NCBI RefSeq assembly: GCF_001194135.2
Contig: NC_068988.1
Coordinates: forward strand, 44,646,216 to 44,710,215
Source of the DNA: Octopus bimaculoides
Taxonomy: Eukaryota
Length of the DNA: 64,000 nt
Reading direction: 5' to 3'
Shown here: positions 25,933 through 36,755 of the stretch, in pieces
How the letters are laid out: each line of letters opens with the position of its first letter
Numbering within the stretch: position 1 is the stretch's first letter
Position numbers and translations under genes: made by a program
Notes under the pieces: model-generated
The model's database searches: none
What the model saw: the letters and a program-made list of their open reading frames with translations, nothing else
Told to the model about the DNA's origin: nothing

Positions 25933-26671
25933 ATATCTAACGCAGCTACTTAGCAAAGTAATTTCTTTTGGATTATCTTATCCAAGCAAACAAGAAAAAG
26001 AAAATAAATCCTGCAAAAGGATGAAAGATATTCAAAAATATATTTATGCAGGCCCTGCTTTGTTATATAATTCATAGCCTACAGAGTGGCTTCCCCCCTC
26101 TCTCTCTCAATATACATGTTATTACAAAACTCGTTTATGATGTTTGATTAAATGTACTCAGAGAATAGACTGAATTATAAACAGTACCAAACTCAAATTA
26201 TAGTTTTATATATTCTGATTTTATTTTCCTAACTTATGAACGTTGGGCCAATATTTAATGTTTGTTCATGCAAAACATGGAATTACACAGAATATGGGAT
26301 TTGACTATACAAGTGCAAAGGAATATACATTTTCATAAGACTTTGAACTTTGAACTTTTTTTATTTCTCAGTTATGACCATACCCTTCCCTCTTTTCTTA
26401 TCTTCCCCACACTACTTCCTAAAATTAACATCTTGAAAGGTCACCAGCCCTTGTGAGAAAATGTGTTTATTTACAAATATGCTGATAGGTATACAATGGG
26501 GAAAAAGAAGAAAAAAAGAACAAGAAGAAAAGCGAAAAGAAAAAATGAAAAATGATTTATAATGAAATTTCAATGGGTTGACCACATCAAATTGAAAAGA
26601 AACCATTCTCTCTCTCCCATCCCTCTCTCTCTCTCTTCATCTCTCTCCCTCCCATAATGATGATGATATAT

Positions 26672-27170
26672 AGGCATAGGAGTGGCTGTGTACTAAGTAG
26701 CTTGCTTATGAACCACATGGTTTCCGGGTTCATTCCTACTGTGTGGCACCTTGGGCAAGTGTCTTCTACCATAGCCTTCGGCCGACCAAAGCCTTCGGCC
26801 GACCAAAGCCTTCGGCCGACCAAAGCCTTCGGCCGACCAAAGCCTTCGGAGGACCAAAGCCTTGTGAGTGGATTTGGTAGATGGAAACTGAAAGAAGCCC
26901 GTCGTATATATATAAATATATGTGTGTGTGTATGTATGTATGTATGTGTGTCTATATGTTTGCGTGTCTTTGTTTGTCCCCCAACATCGCTTGACAACCC
27001 ATGCTGGTGTGTTTACATCCTGTAACTTAGCGGTTCGGCAAATAAGACTGACAGAATAAGAACTAGGCTTACAAAGAATAAGTCCTGGGGTCGATTTGCT
27101 CGACTAAAGGCACTGCTCCAGCATAGCCATAATGAAATGACTGAAACAAGTAAAAAAGAAAAAAAGAAAT
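26672..27170 (+). mobile_element. SINE family A with internal 17-bp x5 expansion
   Basis: Full head, body and tail; AGCCTTCGGCCGACCAA tandem at 26773-26857. Confidence 0.9.
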
Positions 27171-27494
27171 AAGATACTTGTATGTATATATATCTATATG
27201 TGTATACAATGTATGTCTAAATATATGTGTATGCACATTATTCTATGTATGTAATCTATGTATAAATGTATATAGCGGAATTTATAATGTATGTCTCTCT
27301 GATGTGCTGTATTTTATAGTCTCTGATAATTCACTCTTACCCAACTCTCCTCAGCCTCCCACTCTGAAATGAAAACAAAGTTAAAAGAAAGTAAAATTTA
27401 TGATTCTGTTTCATAATAATAAAAGAATACAACAGCAAGAACAACAACAACAACAACAATAACAATGATGACAACAGCATTAGTGTTGATGATA

Positions 27495-27537
<43 letters not shown>

Positions 27538-28379
27538 TTGGTGATATGAGGATAATGATGATGATGATAAGGGGTGTTTTATTTTTATTTCAGAATGTGC
27601 AAAAGAAAAAAAAAAGAAACTACAGTAAAACCCCACCATGCATGAACTCTTTTATGTCATAAATCAAACTTGTGGAACCACCCCACCTCTCTCTATCCTT
27701 CTCTATCTCCCCCTCTCTCTCCCTCTTTCTCTATTTCTTTCTTGTACTTCATCTTACCCACCTAACATTCACCCCTACTGCCATCAACCTTTTATCTCCA
27801 TTGAACAAAATTAACCAGTAGCAGTAGTAGTATTAGTATTATTATTATTAGTAGTAGTAGTATCCAGGTATCCAAGGTGTAAATGTTTGTGATATCAAAC
27901 AATATCAGTCTTGATCAGATAAAAAAGAGCCAACCATGCTTGTTTACTTTGTTTTTTTTTTTAATTTTATATAATTTTATTTATTTAATGAAATTTCGTA
28001 AATTTTTTCCCCTCTTTACTCCCCTCTATGTCTTGCTTTTTTGTCATTTCCTCTCTCACTCTCACTCTCTTTCAATCTCTTTTGTTTTATTTTCTATTTC
28101 ACATTTTAAAAAAATATCTTTTGCAGGGTTTTGTTCTGTTTGTAAAGATAATTGTGAAACACTTCATAATTTTTTTTTTCCTATTTATTTAAATTAAAAA
28201 AAAATTTTTGGTGGCACTAATGAGATTTTTGAGTGACATCTTAGATCTTTGCAACCCTTAGGTTTTGTTATGTATCATTTTTTTTTACAAACAAATAATA
28301 ATAATAAAGATAATAATAATGATGATGATGAAGAAGATGATGATGATGATGATAATAATAATAATAATAATAATAATAA

Positions 28380-28745
28380 TAGTTTTTTTGGCACAAGGCC
28401 AGAAATTTTAGTGGGAGGGATTAGGTCAATTGAATCAACTTTAATTCTTGACTGATACTTTATTATTTCAATGAATCTGAAAGATGAAAAGCAAATTTGA
28501 CCTCTGTGGGAGTTTGTAGTCTGAATATAAAGAACTTGAAAAAATACTGAAAGGCACTTACTCAAATGTCTTAATGATTCTGTTAGCACGCTGCCTTTAA
28601 ATGGTTCCTGATTACTAGGCACAAGCCTGATATTACCAATCCCTGTATTTAACTGGTACTTTATTCTATCAATTTCAAGAAAATGAAAGGTAAAATTGAC
28701 CAGAGCAGGGTTTGAATTCAGAATATATAGAACAAATGCCACATT
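28380..28745 (-). mobile_element. SINE family B diverged fragments
   Basis: GGCACAAGGCCAGAAATTT..., AACTGGTACTTTATT...GAAAGGTAAAATTGAC...TTTGAATTCAGAA match the minus-strand family B. Confidence 0.6.
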
Positions 28746-28824
28746 CCATCTAGCACTCTAATACAGTGGTTTTCAACCATATTTTGCTTATGGACCTCTT
28801 TGTTTCCTGTTTTACTTGGGTGGT

Positions 28825-29345
28825 CAATGCCAGCTCCACCTGACTGGCCCCCATGCCAGTGTCATGTAAAAAGCACCCACTACACTCTTGGAGTGGTTGC
28901 TATTAGGAAGGGCATCCAGCTGTAGAAACCTTGCCGGATCAGATTGGAGCCTAGTACAGCCACCTGGTTTGCCAGATCAGATTGGAGCCTGGTGCAGTCC
29001 CCTGGCTTACCAGATCAGATTGGAGCCTGCTGCAGTCACCTGGCTTGCCAAATCTATTTGGAGCCTGGTGCAGTCTCCTGGCTTGCCAGATCAGATTGGA
29101 GCCTGGTGCAGCCTTCTAGCTTGCCAGATCAGATTGGAGCCTGGTGCAGCATCCTGGCCTACCAGATCAGATTGGAGCCTGGTTCAGCCTCCTAGCTTGC
29201 CAGATCAGATTGGAGCCTGGTGCAGCCTTCTAGCTTGCCAGATCAGATTGGAGCCTGGTGCAGCCTCCTGGCTTACCAGTCCTCAGTCAAACCATCCAAC
29301 CCAGGCCAGCATGGAAAGCAGATGTTAAACAATGATGATGATGAA
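28825..29345 (+). mobile_element. RTE-type 3' tail (family D) with 38-bp x9 minisatellite expansion
   Basis: Unit GCCAGATCAGATTGGAGCCTGGTGCAGCCTYCTRGCTT repeated about 9 times (28934-29275) where other copies have one unit. Confidence 0.85.
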
Positions 29346-29855
29346 CCCTCAATGTTTAAANNNNNNNNNNNNNNNNNNNNNNNNNNNNNNNNNNNNNNNN
29401 NNNNNNNNAAAAAAAATCATATTGTATGTTTAAAAATCCTATTTTATTTTTATACTTAAAAGATTATTAAGAACTGTTTAAACAAAAATTGTTGAAATAT
29501 TTTGTCTATTGCAGAAGTATAACCAAGTTATTGCAGATAAATTTCAACAATGAAATCTTATATGGACCCCATGTACTCCAAGGGCCTTAAGAACCTCAGT
29601 TGAGACCCACTGCTCTTATTCTTCTAATAATAATCTAATTGTTTCTAACATAAACACAAGTCCTGGAGTTTGGTGTGAAGGGGACAAATCGATTATATTG
29701 TCCTTCACTAAATAACTGGATTTTTATTCTGTAAAGCAAAATTGACTTAGGCAGATGTTTTTATCTTTGAAGGATGGAGCTGATGAAACAGAACATAAAG
29801 AGCCTTTTCTACTACAACAACAATAACAATTACTACTACCACTACTACAACTACA

Positions 29856-29902
<47 letters not shown>

Positions 29903-29919
29903 AAATAGTTATAATAATA

Positions 29920-30130
29920 AGATTTCAAATTTTGGCACAAGGTCAGCAAGTTCAGGGGTCAGGTTAAGTTGATTATATCAGCCCCTGTGCTCAACTGGTA
30001 CTTATTTTATTGACCCTGAAAGGAGGAAAGGCAAAAGTCATCTTTGGTGGAATTTAAAGAATGTAACGACGGACGAAATGTCACTAAGTATTTGCCCCAG
30101 CTTACTAGCAATTCTGTCAACCTGCTGCCT
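29920..30130 (-). mobile_element. SINE family B
   Basis: TTTCAAATTTTGGCACAAGG...TTGACCCTGAAAGG...GGTGGAATTT...CAATTCTGTCAACCTGCTGCCTTA. Confidence 0.75.
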
Positions 30131-30162
30131 TAATAATAGCAATAATAAAAATAAAAATAATG

Positions 30163-30194
<32 letters not shown>

Positions 30195-30408
30195 CCTTAA
30201 TATTATATGCACAAGGTCTGAAATTTGGGGGAGAGAGATGGTCGATCACATTGAGCTCAATGCCTCACTGGTGCTTAATTTACTGACCCTGAAAGGATGA
30301 AAGGTAAAGCTGACCTTGGCGGAATTTGAACTCAGAACATAGCAACGGGTGAAATACTGCTAAGCATTTCCCCCAGCGTGCTAACAATTCTGCCAGCTTG
30401 CCACCTTA
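30195..30408 (-). mobile_element. SINE family B
   Basis: GACCCTGAAAGGATGAAAGGTAAAGCTGACCTTGGCGGAATTTGAACTCAGAAC...TCTGCCAGCTTGCCACCTTA. Confidence 0.85.
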
Positions 30409-30519
30409 ATAATAATGATAATAATAATAATAATAATAATGATAATAATAATAATAATAATAATAATGATAATAATAATAATAATAATAATAATGATAAT
30501 AATAATAATAATAATAACA

Positions 30520-30566
<47 letters not shown>

Positions 30567-30590
30567 AATAGTAACAACAATAATAATAAT

Positions 30591-31140
30591 GTCGTAAGGC
30601 AGTACCAGGCACTTGTTCACATATCTTCTGATCTTAACTGACTGGAAGTGTTATCATGCATTTTATACATTGGTATAAAAGATGGACTGCAACAAATATT
30701 CTGCTCAATACCACAAATTTGCTTGTTAGTTGCTTCACCTTAATTAGTTGAGCATGTCCCTTAGTGGCTGATGATATATGCATCCCTGATCATGAGCAGA
30801 AGTAGCAGGGGAGCACCATGGTCATGTGTTGAGAATTCTTTGGGGTTTGGATAATTCACCTCAGGAAACCTGAGTGTTTCTTAATATCCTTAAACAAGCC
30901 TTATTCAGGGACCTTTTGAGTGGGATGGGCTACTCAACCTGAATAAAATTCTAACTGGGCTTCACCTGCAAGGTCATGGACTGTTTATCTTGATATAAGT
31001 TCACCATGTTGTGCACACATGTTTGTGATGTATGTACCTGGTGTACCCTTATCAGACAGGTAATTGTGATGGGTATATTGGGCTTCATATATTCATACCC
31101 TAGCATCACTTTGATGGCATGCACTGCTCTCTCACTCAAT
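30591..31140. mobile_element. ~550-bp interspersed repeat flanked by (AAT)n; class uncertain (probable non-LTR UTR)
   Basis: The second partial copy at 31400-31671 matches 30600-30870; both lie in AAT-type microsatellites. No ORF. Confidence 0.6.
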
Positions 31141-31154
31141 AATAATAATAAGGA

Positions 31155-31375
31155 AAATGGTTTCAAATTTTGGTGTAAGGCCTGTAATTTTAGGGAAAGG
31201 AGTTAATCAATTACATCGACCCCAGTGCTCAACTAGTAATTAATCAACCTTGAAAGGACGAAAGACAATGTCAACTTTAGCAGAATTTGAAGTCAGAATG
31301 TAAAAACAAATGTGGAAGAATTGCTGCTAAGCATTTTGTCCAGCATGCTAACAATTCTGCCAGTTTACCATTTTA
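31155..31375 (-). mobile_element. SINE family B
   Basis: TTTCAAATTTTGGTG...ATCGACCCCAGTG...TTTGAAGTCAGAATG...CAATTCTGCCAG. Confidence 0.75.
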
Positions 31376-31399
31376 ACAACGATGACAACAACGACGACA

Positions 31400-31671
31400 A
31401 CAATACAGGCACTGGTTCTCATGGCTTCTGATCTTAACTGATTGGAAGTAGTATCATGTACATTGTTTTGTCTTGGTATAAAAGATGGGCCACAGCAAAT
31501 ATTCTGCTCAATACCACAGATTTGCTTGTCAGTTGTTTGACCTTAACCAGTTAAGTATGTTCCTTGGTGGCTGATGATAAGTGCATCCCTGATCATGAGT
31601 AGAAGTAGTTGGGGAGCATCATAGCCATGTGTTGGGAGGAATTCTTTGGGTTTTGAATACTTCACCTCTGG
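31400..31671. mobile_element. Partial second copy of the 30591-31140 repeat
   Basis: GGCTTCTGATCTTAACTGATTGGAAG...TTCACCTC aligned by eye. Confidence 0.7.
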
Positions 31672-31763
31672 GTGAATAGTAATAATAATAATAATAATAA
31701 TAATAGTAGTAGAAGTAGAAGTAGTACACTCAATGATAATGATAATAATGATAATAATATCTT

Positions 31764-31809
<46 letters not shown>

Positions 31810-33109
31810 TGTTGTTGTAAAATAGTGCTTTCAAAAATTGTAATAATAAAACACCATTAAAGATAAGAATCATTACAGTAATAATAGCTGTGTAAGCAAT
31901 AACAAAAAACAAAACAAAACAAAACAAAAAACAATGGCTACTTCAAGCAACACTGAGCCATCACCTCCATCAGTTATCGACACTAGAACAACTATGCAGC
32001 TTATACAGCAATAACTGCAACCAATACAATAGCAACAACATTAACATTCACATCCCAACAAAAACAACAACAACAACAACAACAACAGGCAACAATACGG
32101 AAGAACAATGGCAGCAATACTGATAAACAGTAAAATTTATTTTAAAAAACTAGCAGCAACAACAACAACAATAATGCCTAACATTTTTGAATAATAATGG
32201 TTATGGTAATGATGATGATAACAGCAACAACAATAATAATGATAATAATGATAGCAATAATAATAATGATGATAATAATAATAACAATAATGATATTAAT
32301 AATAAATTCTTTACTTGCCGTAAAAATGGTGGAGAAAGCGAGGAGACATTACAAGGACAAATTAAAATAATGGTGGGGTGTTTTGCAGAATCAATTATGG
32401 AAAAAATAAAATGAAAGAAAAATCAAAATACTAAAATACAAAATGGAACAGCCATGAAAAACAAAAGTATGCAAAAACAAAAAAAAAACAAACAAACAAA
32501 ACAAAAAACCAAAAAAAACCGGAAGGAGTGGTCCTAATAGTGAGAATGACATAGTATAGTAACTACTATATCCACTCTGATATGAACAATAACAACAACA
32601 TCAAGATCAACATCAAGGAAATAATGACAATAACGAATAAAAAAAGCTGTAACAATAGTAACAACAACAACAACAACAACAACTACAATATCCAAATAAT
32701 TTCAAGTATTTTAATGAAGAGGGAACAGTTCCATAACTTCAATGTACAATTAATTTTTAACTGAACATCAAAACTCCATAAGAAAGGGAGGAAGAGGGGT
32801 AGGCAGATAAAAGAATAAAATGAATAAATAAAATACTATTGATTTATTGCATTAAAACTAACAAAAAAAAAACACAAATTGGCAAAAGAAAAAATGAAAG
32901 AATAAAAAAACAGAAGCGAGACCTTAAAAATGAATATTTCTTTTGACGAGGGACGTTGCTGCTTTTTGCTAGGTTGAATTATCGCCAAAACAATAAACCT
33001 GTTCCTGTTCTTTTTCTATCATACTTTAACACACCTGAACATTTTTGCAAAAGTCACCTTTCTCAGTTTAGGGGACACTTTAGTCTTGTGAATTATTGGG
33101 TAACCTTAC

Positions 33110-33310
33110 TAGTACTGGTGCCACGAAACAAGCACCTAGTATATTCTGTAAAAGGGTCAACATTAGGAAGGCCATCCAGCTGTAGAAAACCATGTGAAAA
33201 CTGAGACACTGGGGTAAGACGTAGTCCTGCAGATTACTGGATCCTGTCAACCCATCCAACCCATGCGAGCATGGAAAACGAATGGGAAACGATGATGACA
33301 ACGATGATTA
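33110..33310 (+). mobile_element. RTE-type 3' tail (family D)
   Basis: TTAGGAAGGCCATCCAGCTGTAGAAA...CCCATCCAACCCATGCGAGCATGGAAA...GATGATGAC. Confidence 0.7.
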
Positions 33311-33664
33311 TGATATTAATAATTACTTACATAGGCTCATCAAAACATTTTGATATTTTTGCTGCCATTGTTAATTATTAGTACTTATCTTATTAAACAA
33401 GAAAAGGAGGAAATGCAGAGTCAACCTTGACAGGATTTGAACTCAGAATTTATTGGCACATGACTGATAGTGCATGACAATATAATCTATTTCTCTACAC
33501 ATTCTGCTAAATTGTTCAATGTTTTCAAGTGAAAGTTCAAGGCCCACACAGTTTTGAGTGGGATTCTGTTAATGAAACTGACTCCTGTTCTTCCCTTGTA
33601 CTTTATGTCATCTGCCTCAGAAGAATGAAATAATAATGATAATAATAATAATAATAATAATGAT

Positions 33665-33941
33665 GATTGGGAGGTTAAGCAGTTGTTGTCGATGAAAAAG
33701 GTGGTAGTAGTACCAATAATTGTCGGAGCCCTAGGAGAAGTGAGTAAAAATCTTGAGAAGTACATTGAACAAATAGGGGCTGCAATAAGGGTGGAGCACT
33801 TGCAGAAAACAGCACTACTTGGAACTGCTCGAATACTCTGGAAGGTGCTCGAAAAATAAAAGGTGTTACCTTAGTTCACTGATAGTGAACAGCTGACACC
33901 ATAGTACATCTCCAGCGTTAGAAGCTGTGCAAAGGCAATAA

Positions 33942-33945
<4 letters not shown>
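33665..33945 (+). pseudogene. R4/Dong-type LINE 3' end (RLE C-terminus + 3'UTR)
   Basis: WEVKQLLSMKKVVVVPIIVGALGEVSKNLEKYIEQIGAAIRVEHLQKTALLGTARILWKVLEK* (stop 33857-33859), flanked by (AAT)n on both sides. Confidence 0.85.
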
Positions 33946-33974
<29 letters not shown>

Positions 33975-34029
33975 AATCACTAAGGGTTCACAAAAAGCAT
34001 TGAGGGCAGTACAGGACAATACAATGTGG

Positions 34030-34165
34030 GGTACTTATTTTATTGACAGTGAAAGAATGAAAGGCAAAGTCAACCTTGGTAGAATTTGAACTCAGAACAT
34101 AAAGATGGATGAAATGCTGCGAGGCATTTTGTCCAGTGTGCTAATGATTCTGCCAGCTTATTGGC
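34030..34165 (-). mobile_element. SINE family B 5' half
   Basis: GAAAGGCAAAGTCAACCTTGGTAGAATTTGAACTCAGAAC...GATTCTGCCAGC. Confidence 0.75.
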
Positions 34166-35582
34166 TTGCTTGTGATTAATATTGGCTTAAATATTTTTCT
34201 TCCAGTTATGTAACGTAATCAGAGATGCATGTATGTGCATGCACATGTATGCTTGCATGCACATTTAACATGTTATTATTTGTTTTATTAGCCTTGGTGC
34301 AGAGGTTAATTTAGTAGAATAGACAGCGTTGTAAATCTTATTGACCTTAAACAGATGAAAGACAGTCACTGCAAATGGGATTTGAAACAATAAAGCAATC
34401 AGTGCAATACTATATTGGTAATAACAATAGTGATAACAATATTGATCTCTTTTTTTTTTAAAAGGAGAATGGAAATGGGAAACTGTAGCATTCATTTCAT
34501 TTCAAGGATGTTGGCAATGTAAGCAAAGACAAATGTTTACAGCTAAGGATTGAAACCAGGTCAAAAACATTGCTTACTGAAAGCTTATCTTGGTCTGTGT
34601 CTGTCTGTATCTCTCTCCAATAATTGCCACAATAACGTTTAAAAAATTATTATTCTAATAATAATTATAATAATAATAAATCATTTTAAAGATCTTTTTT
34701 CTCAAGCTGTCATAAATCCACATTAATTTTCATTTTTTTTTGTGTTAATTTCACCCCACCTCCCTGGGGTTTTTATCAAGATTTTATTTTATGTTTTTTT
34801 TTCTCTACAGTCTTTTCCTTTCCATTGTTACTGCTGTTATCGTTGTTATTATAATAATAATAATAATTATTATTATTAATATTATTATTATTGTTGTTGT
34901 TTGCGCCGTTTTACATTGTTTTTGCTGTTCAGCTAATCAGGCCATATCTGTCATTTAAAAATAAATAAACAAATACCTCCCACTACTTGAATTTTTAATG
35001 TTCAACCAGAAGCCATCAGTACTTCTACTGATTTGTTCAGACATTAACAGTTCTTGGGTATCTCTGATATAATTGATTTATGGGATTTAAATGTCATAAA
35101 CTGGTTTCTGTTTTCTGTAATTTTATTTTTTCCTGATTTGTTCTTTTTCTGTTTTGTTCTTAGCCTTTTGGCTTAGTGTAGTTAATTTGAAGAGTTACCA
35201 CTGTTATTGTTATTGTTGTTGTTTTCTCACCATGAAATTAGTTTTTATATTGTTTGATCGACTTAGTGATAGGGTTTCCCCCTTCTTCCCAGACACTGAT
35301 GCTTCCTATCTTCTCCATCACTTATACAATGTACATTATTATGACAGTCTTGCCAGCCAAACTCATTTCAATGTAAACAGGTACCATGGACAAATACATT
35401 ACATCATTATAAGCAGTGGAATATTATCTTTAACCCTTTCATAACCATATTTCTATTGAAATACACTGCCTTCGTTTCACTTAGTTTTAGGAATAAGGAA
35501 GAATTTAATAAAATAACTTTGTCATTATCAAGTGGGTAATATTTATTCCCACTTAAACATGGCTGTTCTGTTAGAGCAAAAT

Positions 35583-35698
35583 TTACTGCCACTGTGTGGC
35601 ACCATGGGCTAGTGTCTCTTCTGCAATAACCTCAGACCTTGTAAATGGATTTGGTAAGCCTTGGTAAATGGATTTGGTAGACAGAAACTGAAAGAAGT

Positions 35699-35750
<52 letters not shown>

Positions 35751-36755
35751 CACACACACACGAGGGGAAGTCAAAAATTATCTGCACTTTCACCATAACA
35801 TATCTTTATTATTGTCACACTGCCTTCTGCACATGTGTGCTTATAGTTGGTACTATTGTGGTCACATGATCGAAGTTTGAACCTTATCATGCCATTTTTC
35901 TTTCTGGCTTTACACTGTAAGCATGGCCAATCCACTAGTAATGTGCACTAAAGAAGAACAAAGAGCAGTGATCTGATTTGTCTGGAAAAGGGGTGTATGA
36001 TCAACAATGCAAGATACAGCGCTTTTCTGACCAACAAACTGAAGTCAGCAATTTGCACCAAATGCTGAAACCTATTGTCAAAAAAAGTTTTGTTGTTGCA
36101 TAACAATGCACACCCACACACTGCCACCCAGACCATTGAAACCATTAACCAACTGGGTTTTGAAGTGCTGGAACTCCCTGCCTACAGCCCAGATCTTGTC
36201 CCTTCTGACTATCATAACTCTAGACTAGTCAAAGATGGTTTACAAGGTCGTTGATTTCCTACGAATGAAGATGTGAAGGAAGCAGTGCATAAATAGTTGC
36301 ATGACCAACCGGAAACCTTCTTCTTGGAGGGAATACATACACTTGTGGACTGCTGGACCAAGTACATCGAAAAGGAAGGAAACTATATAGAATAATAATG
36401 TACTTGTTTACCCCCTGCTTTTGTGAGGAGACATTGAAAAAACAAGAGTGCATATAATTTTTGACTCTCCCTCGTAAATATATGTGTGTGTGCGTGTGTG
36501 TGTGTGTGTGTGCACGTCTTTGTGTATGTCTTTGTGTCTGCGTCTGTACTCTATCAGTGCTTGACAACTGCTGGTGGTGTGTTTCCCTCTCCATAACTTA
36601 GTGGCTCAGCAAAAAGAGACCAATAGAATAAGTACCAGATTAAGAAAAAGAAAACAAATCGAGTACTGGGGTTGATTCAGTCGACTAAATTCTTGAAGAT
36701 GGTACCCCAACATGGCCGTAGTCCAATAACTGAAACAAGTAAAAGATAAAAGATA
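35583..36755 (+). mobile_element. SINE family A interrupted by a mariner element
   Basis: 5' body 35583-35760 ends in (TA)n(CA)n; the 3' body 36477-36755 resumes with (TG)n...GACAACT...TAGAATAAGTAC...GAAACAAGTAAAAGATAAAAGA. Confidence 0.75.
35761..36474 (+). mobile_element. Mariner (DD34D) transposon, internally deleted and decayed
   Basis: 27-bp TIRs CGAGGGGAAGTCAAAAATTATCTGCAC and GTGCATATAATTTTTGACTCTCCCTCG followed by TA. Relic LLHNNAHPHT...FEVLELPAYSPDLVPSDYH...EDVKEAV...CWTKYIEKEGNYIE*; 34 residues lie between the catalytic positions, and the second D is mutated to N. Confidence 0.93.

Noticed and set aside
28888-29328. 146-aa repetitive ORF and a CRISPR-like look
   Set aside because: Head-to-tail 38-bp units with no unique spacers, inside a retroposon tail; eukaryotic context and no cas genes.
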